The notes: generated by a model not told the origin, from the sequence alone. A stretch of DNA of 56,813 bases from Chthoniobacterales bacterium (GCA_013820755.1 JACDHZ010000001.1:1-56813); one strand, 5' to 3'; counted from the first letter of the stretch, positions 19,013 through 28,439 are shown. Translations and numbers: made by a program.

Positions 19013-20128
19013 ATGACACCATACCTCCGAAAGCTGCTCGGGCTGAACTGGCTCCTGCTCGTGAACATGCTGGCGCTCGCGATCTTCGGGGTGATTGCGA
19101 TCTACAGCGCGACGTACATGCGAGAGGATCCAACGGCGGCCGAATTCTGGCAGAAGCAGGCGAACTGGGTTGCCGTTGGCTTCCTCGCGTTCATGGTCAC
19201 GAGTCTGATTGACTACCGCTGGATAAAATGGGGCGCGCTGCCGATGTATGTCGCGGGTATCATTTTCCTGATTCTCACGCGCTTCATCGGCCAGAAGGTC
19301 TACGGCGCGCGGAGCTGGCTCCACCTCGGGCCTATCAACTTCCAACCAGCCCAGCTCGCCGTTATCGCGGGTATCATGGTGCTCGCGCTTTTCCTCAGCC
19401 AATTTCGCGAGATGCATCCGATGCTGCGACTCGCGCTGGCGGGAGCGATTGTCGGAGCGCCTTGTCTTCTGATCCTGATGCAGCCAGATCTCGGCGAGAC
19501 GATGATTTGGGGGCCTGTGCTGCTGGCGTTGCTCTTCGTCGCTGGAATCCCCGTCCGTTACCTTCTCTGCATAATACTGATAGTGGTGTCCCTTATCCCG
19601 CTCGCCATCAATCTGGGGCTTAAGCCATACCAAAAGGAGCGAATCACCGCGTTCATAAATCCAGATATCGATCCTCAAGGCTCCGCCTGGGCGATAAACC
19701 AATCCCTCATAGCGATCGGATCGGGCGGGTACAGCGGCAAAGGCTTCAAGGCGCCGAACACGCAGATTGAATTAGGATTTCTCCCCGCGACTGCAGTGCA
19801 CAACGACTACATCTTCTCCGCGATCGGGGAGCAATGGGGATTCGTCGGTGGTGCAATCCTGCTTGGCGCGTTCGGATTGCTGTTGTTGACGTGCCTCTTT
19901 GTCGCGCTGTGCGCCGACGATCAATTCGGCCTGCTTCTGGTCGTGGGACTGACGGCACTCGTTTTCACGCACATCTTCCAAAATATCGGTATGACAATAT
20001 CGATGCTTCCTATCACGGGTGTCCCGTTGCCGCTCATCAGCTACAGCGGTTCCTTTGTGCTCATGATCATGTTTGGCTTGGGCATTGTGAATAGCGTCTG
20101 GATTCACCGAAAGGTTGTCCCGGCATAA
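19013..20128 (+). CDS. SEDS-family peptidoglycan glycosyltransferase (RodA/FtsW)
   Basis: MTPYLRKLLGLNW... start chosen inside ORF 18827..20128. Multi-pass membrane protein with PDLGET, NPDIDPQGSAW, SGGYSGKG, TDYIFS-like HNDYIFSAIGEQWG and PLPLISYSGS motifs. Confidence 0.9.
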   Translation: MTPYLRKLLGLNWLLLVNMLALAIFGVIAIYSATYMREDPTAAEFWQKQANWVAVGFLAFMVTSLIDYRWIKWGALPMYVAGIIFLILTRFIGQKVYGARSWLHLGPINFQPAQLAVIAGIMVLALFLSQFREMHPMLRLALAGAIVGAPCLLILMQPDLGETMIWGPVLLALLFVAGIPVRYLLCIILIVVSLIPLAINLGLKPYQKERITAFINPDIDPQGSAWAINQSLIAIGSGGYSGKGFKAPNTQIELGFLPATAVHNDYIFSAIGEQWGFVGGAILLGAFGLLLLTCLFVALCADDQFGLLLVVGLTALVFTHIFQNIGMTISMLPITGVPLPLISYSGSFVLMIMFGLGIVNSVWIHRKVVPA

Positions 20129-20191
20129 CGCGCGATCCGAAGTCGCGGTCGTTTACTTCCGGCGGCTGGGCGCCTAACCTCGCCTCCTCTG

Positions 20192-20920
20192 ATGGAGAGT
20201 GACTACAAGGTCAAACTGGCGATCTTCGAAGGTCCACTCGATCTTCTGTTGTACCTCATCAAGCGCGACGAGCTGGACATCTATGAAATCTCGCTGGAGA
20301 GGATCACGCGGCAGTACCTTGAGTACTTGCAGGCCTTCAAGGAATTGAACATCGACGTCGCCGGCGAGTTCGTGGTGATGGCCGCAAACCTGATCTATCT
20401 GAAGAGCCGCAGCCTCCTTCCCGTAGACCAGCAACCGCCGGAAGAAGACGTCGGCGAAGACGATCCGCGTTGGGATCTAATCCGGCAGCTGATCGAGTAC
20501 AAGAAGTTCAAGGAAGCTGCGTCGCAGTTGCAGGCTCGGCAACTCGAGCAGGAACTCATTTTCACTCGAGACGGCGGTGGGGTGGAAGTATCCGCCGCCG
20601 TGCCGCTTCGGCTCGGCGAAGCAGGAATTTTTCAGCTAATCAACGCTTTTCAGACTGTCATTAAGCGCGTCGAAGCGCGTGAAGGTTTGCACGAAATCTT
20701 TGGCGAGCATTTTAACGTATCCGACAAAATTGACTGGATTCTGCGTCGCGTTAGTGACGGGGTGCCGCTTCGGTTCGCGGAACTGTTTGCGTCGATGGCG
20801 TCTCGCGTTGAGATCGTCGTCACATTCCTGGCGCTGCTGGAACTCGTTCGGCTGCGGCAGATCCGCGCGACACAGCAGAACCCGTTCGACGAAATCGAGA
20901 TCACCGCAACGGCCGCGTAG
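20192..20920 (+). CDS. scpA: Segregation and condensation protein A
   Basis: FEGPLDLLLYLIKRDELDIYEISLERIT and EFVVMAANLIYLKSRSLLP are hallmark ScpA N-terminal sequences. Confidence 0.9.
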   Translation: MESDYKVKLAIFEGPLDLLLYLIKRDELDIYEISLERITRQYLEYLQAFKELNIDVAGEFVVMAANLIYLKSRSLLPVDQQPPEEDVGEDDPRWDLIRQLIEYKKFKEAASQLQARQLEQELIFTRDGGGVEVSAAVPLRLGEAGIFQLINAFQTVIKRVEAREGLHEIFGEHFNVSDKIDWILRRVSDGVPLRFAELFASMASRVEIVVTFLALLELVRLRQIRATQQNPFDEIEITATAA

Positions 20921-20931
20921 AAATTCCAGGT

Positions 20932-21825
20932 ATGCCGCGCGCTCTGATTGCTGGCTGCGGTTACGTCGGCGCGGCGACCGCGGAACTTTTTCATGATCGC
21001 GGCTGGGAGGTGGAAGGCTGGACGGCTTCAGAGAGATCGGCGCTCGCATTTCGTGATAATCCCTTCCCGGTTCGCGCCGTCGACATCACCGACGCGCGGG
21101 CAGTCGACGCCGCGGCGTCGTCATCATGTTTCGACGCGGTGATCCAGGCAGTCAGCTCAAGTGGCGGAACGGCTGATCTTTACCGGAGGATCTATGAGCA
21201 GGGCGCAAAGAACCTGGCAAAAGCGTGCTCGGGCGCGCGCATGTTATTCATCAGCAGCACGAGCGTATACGGACAGACGGACGGCGAGTGGGTAACAGAG
21301 TTGAGTGTTGCCCGACCGCCGCGAGACACCGGTCGTGTCTTGCGGACAACCGAGGAGTTCGTGCTGGAGCAGGGAGGAGAAGTAGCGCGAGTAGCCGGCA
21401 TTTATGGACCCGGCCGCTCTGCACTGCTGCGCAAGTTTCTGGATGGAACCGCCACAGTCTCAGGCAACGGCGAGCGCTTCATCAATCAAGTGCATCGCGA
21501 TGATGTCGCTGCCGCGTTGGTTCTGCTATCACAACGCGATCGTACCGCTGTGCCTGCGCGGGGAAGCTCCGATTCGGGAATTTTCAACGTTAGCGATGGT
21601 CATCCGCTCATGGAGCGCGGATGCTACGCGACGCTGGCTGCGCATTTCGGACGTGAGATGCCGCCGGGCAACGCTGCTGCGGTGCCGAGAAAACGTGGTA
21701 ATAGCAACAAGCGCGTTAGCAGCGAAAAGCTTCAGAAGCTCGGCTGGGAACCGCGTTTCCGGGATTTCCCAAGCGGGCTGCGGGATAGCGTCATTCCTGC
21801 CCTCGAAGCGCTTGGTCTGGAATAA
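20932..21825 (+). CDS. NAD(P)-dependent epimerase/dehydratase-family (extended SDR) protein
   Basis: N-terminal Rossmann motif LIAGCGYVG and a YG...-type active-site region. Generic family call. Confidence 0.7.
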   Translation: MPRALIAGCGYVGAATAELFHDRGWEVEGWTASERSALAFRDNPFPVRAVDITDARAVDAAASSSCFDAVIQAVSSSGGTADLYRRIYEQGAKNLAKACSGARMLFISSTSVYGQTDGEWVTELSVARPPRDTGRVLRTTEEFVLEQGGEVARVAGIYGPGRSALLRKFLDGTATVSGNGERFINQVHRDDVAAALVLLSQRDRTAVPARGSSDSGIFNVSDGHPLMERGCYATLAAHFGREMPPGNAAAVPRKRGNSNKRVSSEKLQKLGWEPRFRDFPSGLRDSVIPALEALGLE

Positions 21826-21871
21826 ACCTCAGGAGAGGAACAGGTATGCAAGGTGCTCGCCCCCGAAGGGC

Positions 21872-22138
21872 ATGCGGAAGATCAAGCTAACTGGACGCGA
21901 AGCGACAGCTGTGCGCGCGATCGGGTTTCAGGAGGCCATGATCGGAACTGAGATTCATGACCTCACGCGTATGGAGCCGGACGATCTTACCGACACCTTA
22001 AACGGCTTGATCTCCGCGGGATTCGTCGAAACCGTGCCGTATTGTGAACAGGTGCAATTGGCGGAAATGCTCGGGACGGCGTTCGAACTCAATCCGGCAT
22101 ATTGCCACGAGCTGCGGGCAGCACTTTACCGCCGCTAG
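21872..22138 (+). CDS. Hypothetical 88-aa protein; start uncertain
   Basis: MRKIKLTGREATAVRAIGF... No motif recognised. See the finding on the C5 tract and SD-positioned ATG at 21846. Confidence 0.4.
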   Translation: MRKIKLTGREATAVRAIGFQEAMIGTEIHDLTRMEPDDLTDTLNGLISAGFVETVPYCEQVQLAEMLGTAFELNPAYCHELRAALYRR

Positions 22139-23154
22139 CCAGCAGCCACGCTCGTTTGTGGTGTTGCGGCGTGGTTCAACGTCGTGCGCTCGCCGAACAG
22201 CTGCCGGATGACTTCCTCGACGGGTAGCTCATGGACGTTGATATCGGTTACGTTGCAATTCGCGAGCAGCTCGCGACAGGTTTCTGTCACTTTTGCACGT
22301 GGCACTTTCAGCTGCACCGAAACAGCTGTTTGCTCGAGCACTTCGCCGAATCGCGAAAAGTCCGTTTGTGCGGTTTCAGCAAAAGTGAGGCTTAGAATTT
22401 TCGAGCCGGAAAAGCGGTCGATGATTGAATGGAGCGGACCGTCAAAGAAGATCCTGCCGTGATCGATAATGATCACGCGATGGCAAAGCTCCTCGATATC
22501 CTGCATGTAGTGGCTGGTGAGCATCGTGACGATTCGATGCTCTTTATTGTAAAGTCGGAGGAACTCGCGGACGCGTTTCTGGCTTACGACATCGAGGCCG
22601 ATCGTCGGCTCATCGAGAAACAGCACCTTCGGCTCATGGATCAGAGCCGAGATCAGCTCCATCTTCATGCGCTCGCCTAACGAAAGCTCGCGGACCATCA
22701 CATTCATCTTGTCGCCGACCTCGAGCAGTTCGCTCAAGCCGCCGACGACGCGGCGGAACCGCGGGCCGTCGATCCCATAGATCGCGCGATTTAATTCAAG
22801 CGACTCCTGCGCAGGCAAGTCCCACCACAACGCATTCTTCTGGCCCATCAGGAGCGCGAACTGCCGCTTCATCTCATTTCGGCGCTCCCACGGAACAAAA
22901 CCGAGCACGCGCGCTTCTCCGCCGGTGGGATTCAGCAACCCTGAGAGCATCTTCAGGACCGTGGTCTTACCTGCGCCGTTCGGCCCGAGGAAGCCGACGA
23001 GTTCGCCTTCTTCAATCTGGAAAGAGACGTTATCCGCCGCCCGCATCTCGTCGTATTTGCGCCTAACGAGTCCTTTAATCGCGCCGCGCAACCCGCCTTC
23101 TTTGCGGTAAGTGCGGTAAACCTTAGTCAGGCCTGATGCCTCAATCGCGCTCAT
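22135..23154 (-). CDS. ABC transporter ATP-binding protein (no adjacent permease)
   Basis: Walker A GPNGAGKTT, signature LSLGERMK, Walker B LFLDEPT, and a C-terminal extension of about 100 aa. Confidence 0.9.
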   Translation of the reverse strand: MSAIEASGLTKVYRTYRKEGGLRGAIKGLVRRKYDEMRAADNVSFQIEEGELVGFLGPNGAGKTTVLKMLSGLLNPTGGEARVLGFVPWERRNEMKRQFALLMGQKNALWWDLPAQESLELNRAIYGIDGPRFRRVVGGLSELLEVGDKMNVMVRELSLGERMKMELISALIHEPKVLFLDEPTIGLDVVSQKRVREFLRLYNKEHRIVTMLTSHYMQDIEELCHRVIIIDHGRIFFDGPLHSIIDRFSGSKILSLTFAETAQTDFSRFGEVLEQTAVSVQLKVPRAKVTETCRELLANCNVTDINVHELPVEEVIRQLFGERTTLNHAATPQTSVAAG

Positions 23155-23192
23155 GGATCGCGATTTCCGTCGTCACCCTACCCGCAGCACCC

Positions 23193-25130
23193 TCAGGCTG
23201 CAGTTGGCTGTGGCTGTTGGTGTTTCTTCTTCTGCAATAACGGCAGAACTTTTTCGACGAGCGCTTCCGCAGTGAGACCGTGCTTCTTCCGTAGAATCGG
23301 GATGGTGCCGTGCTCGATGAACTGATCCGGCCAGCCGACCCGCACGACCGGTGTGTTAATCATCTGCGTGTGGAGATGCTCCATCACTCCGCAGCCGAAG
23401 CCGTTGTGGAGGACGTGGTCTTCGAGCGTGCAGATGACCGGCGTTCCGCGAGCGAAGAATTCGAGCGTCCCGGTGTCGAGCGGCTTGATCCAGCGCGGGT
23501 TGATTAGCGCGACGGACACGCCCTGAGCTTCGAGCAAGCGCGCGGCTTCGACGGCAACCTCGAACATGTTACCGAGACCGAAAATCGCGACGTCGCGACC
23601 GTGCTGCACCACCTCCGCTTTGCCAATTTCGAGCAATTTTGGTGCGGCTTTCGGTTGAGCGCCTGTGCCCGCGCCCCGCGGGTAACGCATCGCAATCGGA
23701 CCGGAGGTGTAGTTGGCCATCGTCCAAAGCATGTCGACGAATTCGTCTTCATCCTTCGGCTGCATGTGTACCATGCCCGGAACGTGCCGGAGATATCCGA
23801 TATCGAAGACACCGTGATGCGTTGGTCCATCGTCGCCGCTCAAGCCGGCGCGGTCCATGCACAGCGAAACGTTGAGACTCTGCAGTGCCATGTCATGAAT
23901 GATCATGTCGTACGCGCGCTGCATGAACGTCGAGTAAATCGTCAGGAAAGGCTTCAATCCCTGCGTGGCGAGACCACACGCGAAAAGCGCCGCATGCTCT
24001 TCCGCGATGCCGACGTCGAAGTAGCGCTCGGGATGCGCCGCTTGGAAGATGCCCAGTCCGGTGCCACTTGGCATGGCAGCAGTGATCGCCACGATGGTCT
24101 GGTTCGATTCTGCAAACTTCGATAGTGTTTTGCCGAGCAGCTCAGAATACGTGGGAGTAGTGGCGGAGGCCGTCTCTCCGGTGTCGGCCGCGAATTTCCC
24201 AAGGCCGTGAAACTTGTCCGGTTTCGCGATAGCGGGTTCGTAGCCTTTGCCCTTCTTCGTGAGGATGTGCAGCAACACCGGATCGTCCTGATCCTTCAGG
24301 AATTCGAACGTCTTGATCAGCAGCGGAATGTCGTGGCCGTCGATCGGCCCGTAGTAGCGCAGCCCGAGTTCCTCAAAGATCACACTCGGCACGATCAGGT
24401 TTTTCACGCCTTCCTCGATCTTGTGCGCGAGTTGCACAGCTGATTTGCCGGCGATTGCTTCGACGAAGCGACGCGCCTTGTCGTGCAATCCCGCGTATGT
24501 CGGATTGGCGACAATGTTATTCAAATACGATGCGATCGCTCCGACATTCTTCGCGATCGACCACTCATTGTCGTTCAGCACGACGATAAAGCGCTTCGTC
24601 TGCGACTTCGCATTGTTCATCGCCTCGTAGCTAATGCCGCAGGTGAGAGCTGCGTCCCCGGCCACGACGATGACGTTTTCGTTCGTGCCGCGCAGATCAC
24701 GTCCGACAGCCATGCCCAGCCCCGCTGACAACGCCGTACCAGCGTGCCCTGCGCCGTAGCAATCGTGTTCGCTTTCCGTCCGCAGAAGGAAGCCGTTCAG
24801 ACCTTCGTATTGTCGCATCGTACCGATGCGAGCGAGCCGCCCGGTGAACATCTTATGGACGTAGCCCTGATGGCTTACGTCGAAGACGAACTTGTCTTTT
24901 GGCGTTTCGAAAACGCGGTGCAGGGCGATCGTCAGCTCTACGACACCGAGATTCGGTCCAAGATGGCCGCCGGTTTGCGACAGGACTCTGACGAGCTCAT
25001 CGCGCACTTCCTGCGCGAGCTGTGGCAAGTCCTGTTCCTTGAGAGCTTTGACATCCGCGGGCGAATGGATCCCTTGCAGCAATAGCTGGCCGCTGGGCGT
25101 TTTAGAAGAGTCTGACTTCGTCATTTTCAT
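23193..25130 (-). CDS. dxs: 1-deoxy-D-xylulose-5-phosphate synthase
   Basis: IHSPADVKAL, GGHLGPNLGVVELT, GHAGTALSAGLGMA and the thiamine-diphosphate motif GDAALTCGISYEAMN. Start at ATG 25130 or 25124 inside ORF 23193..25184. Confidence 0.95.
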   Translation of the reverse strand: MKMTKSDSSKTPSGQLLLQGIHSPADVKALKEQDLPQLAQEVRDELVRVLSQTGGHLGPNLGVVELTIALHRVFETPKDKFVFDVSHQGYVHKMFTGRLARIGTMRQYEGLNGFLLRTESEHDCYGAGHAGTALSAGLGMAVGRDLRGTNENVIVVAGDAALTCGISYEAMNNAKSQTKRFIVVLNDNEWSIAKNVGAIASYLNNIVANPTYAGLHDKARRFVEAIAGKSAVQLAHKIEEGVKNLIVPSVIFEELGLRYYGPIDGHDIPLLIKTFEFLKDQDDPVLLHILTKKGKGYEPAIAKPDKFHGLGKFAADTGETASATTPTYSELLGKTLSKFAESNQTIVAITAAMPSGTGLGIFQAAHPERYFDVGIAEEHAALFACGLATQGLKPFLTIYSTFMQRAYDMIIHDMALQSLNVSLCMDRAGLSGDDGPTHHGVFDIGYLRHVPGMVHMQPKDEDEFVDMLWTMANYTSGPIAMRYPRGAGTGAQPKAAPKLLEIGKAEVVQHGRDVAIFGLGNMFEVAVEAARLLEAQGVSVALINPRWIKPLDTGTLEFFARGTPVICTLEDHVLHNGFGCGVMEHLHTQMINTPVVRVGWPDQFIEHGTIPILRKKHGLTAEALVEKVLPLLQKKKHQQPQPTAA

Positions 25131-25419
25131 TTCGTGCCGTTTCCGGCGGTGCGCTGCTGGCGTTCGTTTCTGCCTTCGGCTCAAACGGCTTCACGACCGG
25201 TTTGCCCGCATGGTTGCGGGTGATGATCTCTATTCGCTGCTCCGCGCTCGCGAGACGCTCCTGGCAGACCTTTACCAGCTTCATTCCTTCTTCGTAGCGC
25301 ACGATCAAGTCCTCCAACGGCATTTTCCCGCCTTCCATTTCCTCGACGATCGCTTCGAGCCGGTCCATCGCCGCTTCGAAGTTCAATTCAGCGGCTGGTT
25401 TTTTCGCAGGAGCGGTCAT
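25102..25419 (-). CDS. xseB: Exodeoxyribonuclease VII small subunit
   Basis: FEAAMDRLEAIVEEMEGGKMPLEDLIVRYEEGMKLVKVCQERL is the classic XseB helix-hairpin sequence. ATG at 25419. The long C-terminal tail overlaps the dxs start by 23-29 nt. Confidence 0.85.
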   Translation of the reverse strand: MTAPAKKPAAELNFEAAMDRLEAIVEEMEGGKMPLEDLIVRYEEGMKLVKVCQERLASAEQRIEIITRNHAGKPVVKPFEPKAETNASSAPPETARNENDEVRLF

Positions 25420-25639
25420 CGGGAGATTCAATTAAGCACTGCGGCGCCGGATCAAAAGCGCGACTTCGCCGAAGCGAAGGCCGGTCCATTTCAATCAGAG
25501 AGGACTCGTGCCATTTCCGCGCCGGCGCTCGGGGAAATCTTTGCCATCTCGCCCCGGGCAATACGGAACGGTGGAGCACGCGTTGGCGTAAGCGTGGCAC
25601 AACCGCTGCTGGTAAGGCCGCGGACGCACGGATGCTGCG

Positions 25640-26029
25640 ATGACATTCCTCAAAAGAATACTGCTCATCCATTCCGCGCCGCGCGCGACGGCTGTCGTGC
25701 GAAAGGCGCTGGAAAACAGCGGTGATTATTTAATCAAGGAAGAGCATGACAGCCGTTGCGCCATCAACGCGGCGCGCTGGTTCCAGCCAAATCTAATTCT
25801 GTTCGATGCCATCGCATCCGGTGCGGAGGCAACTTCAACTGCACAGCAGTTCGAACAGGAAGCGCTGCTCAAAGACACGCCAGTCGTCTTCTTCAGCTCG
25901 CCAACGCCGGGCGAAGACCGCGTCCTTTCGAGCGGAGTGCTTAGCGGCTACAGCTTTCTGGCTAATCCTGTGGGAATAGAGGAATTCGTACGGTGCGTGG
26001 CGGAGTTGCTCAAGCCTGCCAGCCGATAA
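25640..26029 (+). CDS. Stand-alone receiver-like domain with a degenerate active site
   Basis: CheY-like layout (ILLIHS..., PNLILFDAIA, PVVFFSS, FLANPV). The acidic pair after beta1 is replaced by HS, and the conserved Lys by Asn. Confidence 0.55.
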   Translation: MTFLKRILLIHSAPRATAVVRKALENSGDYLIKEEHDSRCAINAARWFQPNLILFDAIASGAEATSTAQQFEQEALLKDTPVVFFSSPTPGEDRVLSSGVLSGYSFLANPVGIEEFVRCVAELLKPASR

Positions 26030-26068
26030 CCGGCACGCCGTTGAGAATCGCGCAGGCGTGCGCGCGCG

Positions 26069-26449
26069 TTACCCGATCGCCTGCCGATAAGCTGCGGCGT
26101 TTCTCAGCTGCTTTACATCTTCCGGAGAGTTCATCTGTAGAACAAAAATCCAGCCTTCGCCAAATGGGTCAGTGTTCACGAGCGCCGGATTGCTCGACAA
26201 AGCTTCGTTGACTTCCACGATCTCGCCTTTGATTGGCGCATAAATGTCGCTCGCAGCTTTCACAGACTCCACAACCGCGATCTGCCCTCGAGCCTCCGCT
26301 TGTGCTCCGACCTTTGGCAGCTCGACGTAGACTACATCGGTGAGCTCCGCTTGCGCATGATCCGTAATGCCGACGCGTGCGCGATCGCCTTCCACGCGGA
26401 CCCATTCGTGTGACTCGGTGTAGTAAAGATCGTCCGGAACGTTGCTCAT
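26069..26449 (-). CDS. gcvH: Glycine cleavage system H protein
   Basis: YTESHEWV and the lipoyl-lysine motif VESVKAASD. Confidence 0.95.
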   Translation of the reverse strand: MSNVPDDLYYTESHEWVRVEGDRARVGITDHAQAELTDVVYVELPKVGAQAEARGQIAVVESVKAASDIYAPIKGEIVEVNEALSSNPALVNTDPFGEGWIFVLQMNSPEDVKQLRNAAAYRQAIG

Positions 26450-27546
26450 GACTTTTTGTAGAGTGGTTTTTTCTCGATGACAGCAGGAAATTTTTGGCCG
26501 CGAATTTCAATCTGCAGCGCGGTGCCAACTTTCGCGTGCTCGGTCGGCAGGTACGCCATGCCAATTCCATATCCGAGGCTTGGCGACAACGTGCCGCTAT
26601 TCACCTCGCCGAGCCGTTCGCCATTCCGATACACCGGATAATGTGGACGAGGCGGTGGACCTTTCCCTTCCATGCGAAATGGCGCGAGCCGCCGCTTCGT
26701 GCCGTGCTCCTTCGTCTGTGCGAGAACCTCGCTCCCGGTGAAGTTTGGTTTGCTCAGATCTACGAAGAACCCGAGCCCCGCCTCGAGCGGATTGTGCTCC
26801 GGTGTGAGATCGTTGCCGTTGAGCGGGTAGCACATTTCGAGACGCAGCGTGTCGCGCGCCCCCAGGCCACATGGTCGGATGCCGAGCGGTTTGCCATTCT
26901 CAAGGATCGTCGTCCAAAACGCCGACGCGTACTTGGACTCGAAGAACACCTCGACGCCGTCTTCCCCAGTGTAGCCCGTCCGCGCGACCGCGAGGCGCAT
27001 CATGTTGAACTCGACTTCGCGGATGGTGTTGCGCGCCGGCAGTTCGAAGCTGTCGCCGAGTAGCGATTGAAACAGTTCCGCGACACGCGGGCCCTGAATG
27101 GCGAGGCCAGCGTAGTGATCGCTACGGTTCTCGAGTTTTACTCCAGGTAGAATATGAGCCTGTAGCCATGCGAGGTCCTCGGCCACGCGCGACGCGTTTA
27201 CGACCAGCAGATACTGCTCAGTTCGTGTCCGATATACGATCAGGTCGTCAATGATTCCGCCCCTTTGATTCAACAAAAAGGTGTACTGGCCTGCACCAAC
27301 TTCGAGCTTCTCGATGTTGTTGGTCAGCATGCGGTTCAGCCATTCAGCCGCATTCGAACCGGTCGCGATCAGCTGTCCCATGTGCGAAATGTCGAACACG
27401 CCGACGTCCTTCCGCACCGCGTGATGTTCATCACTGATGCTCGTGTATTGCACCGGCATCAACCACCCACCGAATGGGATAATCTTGGCCCCGGCGCGCC
27501 GATGTTCCTCGTAAAGCGGCGTCGTTTTCGGGTCGGGGTCGCTCAC
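26446..27546 (-). CDS. gcvT: Glycine cleavage system aminomethyltransferase T
   Basis: TPLYEEHRRAGAKIIPFGGWLMPVQY, VFDISHMG and ARTGYTGEDG. ATGA overlap with gcvH; GTG start. Confidence 0.95.
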   Translation of the reverse strand: MSDPDPKTTPLYEEHRRAGAKIIPFGGWLMPVQYTSISDEHHAVRKDVGVFDISHMGQLIATGSNAAEWLNRMLTNNIEKLEVGAGQYTFLLNQRGGIIDDLIVYRTRTEQYLLVVNASRVAEDLAWLQAHILPGVKLENRSDHYAGLAIQGPRVAELFQSLLGDSFELPARNTIREVEFNMMRLAVARTGYTGEDGVEVFFESKYASAFWTTILENGKPLGIRPCGLGARDTLRLEMCYPLNGNDLTPEHNPLEAGLGFFVDLSKPNFTGSEVLAQTKEHGTKRRLAPFRMEGKGPPPRPHYPVYRNGERLGEVNSGTLSPSLGYGIGMAYLPTEHAKVGTALQIEIRGQKFPAVIEKKPLYKKS

Positions 27547-27632
27547 GCGCCTGAAGCTAGTCGGCGGCCTGATGGCGTCAATCAGTCGCGAGCTGGGAGT
27601 CCACGCGGCGGTGCGCTTACGATCAATCTACG

Positions 27633-28439
27633 ATGACTTTGCTGGACCGGCTGGAGCGACGCATTGGCTGGATAGCGATTCCGAGCCTCATACGCATCGT
27701 GGTGATGTTTACCGCGCTAGTGTGTGTGCTGGCGTATACCAACCCGGACTTCCTCACCGTACTCGACCTCAAACCCGAGCTCATCAAGCGTGGTCAGCTC
27801 TGGCGGTTGATCACCTACATCTTCATCCCGAAGTCGCCTGTCCAGCCCGGATCAATGATGTCGCCGCTGTGGGCGATTGTCGCCTTGTGGTTCCTGTGGT
27901 TTATCGGCGATGGCCTCGAGCGCGCGTGGGGAGCATTCAGGCTGACGCTCTATTTCACTGTGGGGATGATCGGCACGACAATCGCCGCGTTCGTGTTTCA
28001 CGCGCAGTTTTCGAACGGTATGCTGGCCGCTTCGCTGTTCTTCGCATTCGCCTGGTTCTATCCGGACGAGGTGATCTACGTGATGTTCATCCTGCCGGTC
28101 AAGATCAAGTGGCTGGCGTGGATTTTCGCCGCATTCCTCGTGGCAGGTTTTGTCAGCGAGCCTTGGGGGCAGAAGGTGGGGCTGCTATTCGCGTTCTCTA
28201 ACTACTTTCTCTTCTTCGGTCCGCAGATGTTGCACGGCGTCCGACATCGAAAAGATGTGGCGGCACGCCGACAGCGCTTTGAGGTGCAGGCACGCAGCGC
28301 CGAAGAACCGTTACATCGCTGTGCGACATGCGGTGCCACCGAGTTGAGCGATCCCAATCTCGAGTTTCGCGTGTCGCGCGACGGCGAGGAATACTGCCTT
28401 CCGCATCTCCCGAGCGCTGCGACAGCCGACGTGCATTAG
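27633..28439 (+). CDS. Rhomboid-like polytopic membrane protein lacking the catalytic dyad, with a C-terminal CxxC...CxxH element
   Basis: GQLWRLITYIF and WFLWFIGDGLERAWG resemble rhomboid TM2/L1 motifs. No GxSG Ser and no TM6 His motif. C-terminal HRCATCGATE...EEYCLPH. Confidence 0.55.
   Translation: MTLLDRLERRIGWIAIPSLIRIVVMFTALVCVLAYTNPDFLTVLDLKPELIKRGQLWRLITYIFIPKSPVQPGSMMSPLWAIVALWFLWFIGDGLERAWGAFRLTLYFTVGMIGTTIAAFVFHAQFSNGMLAASLFFAFAWFYPDEVIYVMFILPVKIKWLAWIFAAFLVAGFVSEPWGQKVGLLFAFSNYFLFFGPQMLHGVRHRKDVAARRQRFEVQARSAEEPLHRCATCGATELSDPNLEFRVSRDGEEYCLPHLPSAATADVH

Noticed and set aside
25432-25639. Structured RNA in the 208-nt xseB / receiver-like divergent spacer
   Set aside because: Only short generic hairpins are present (CTTCGC-CGAA-GCGAAG; the GCGCCGGCGC palindrome). 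There is no resemblance to riboswitch or sRNA families I can recognise.
27547-27632. Possible glycine riboswitch upstream of gcvT
   Set aside because: I read the 86-nt leader on the minus strand. The conserved cores (GGAGAG, ACCGAAGGGGCAA, CUCAGGCAAAAGGAC) are absent. The spacer is also too short for a full aptamer plus the divergent promoter.
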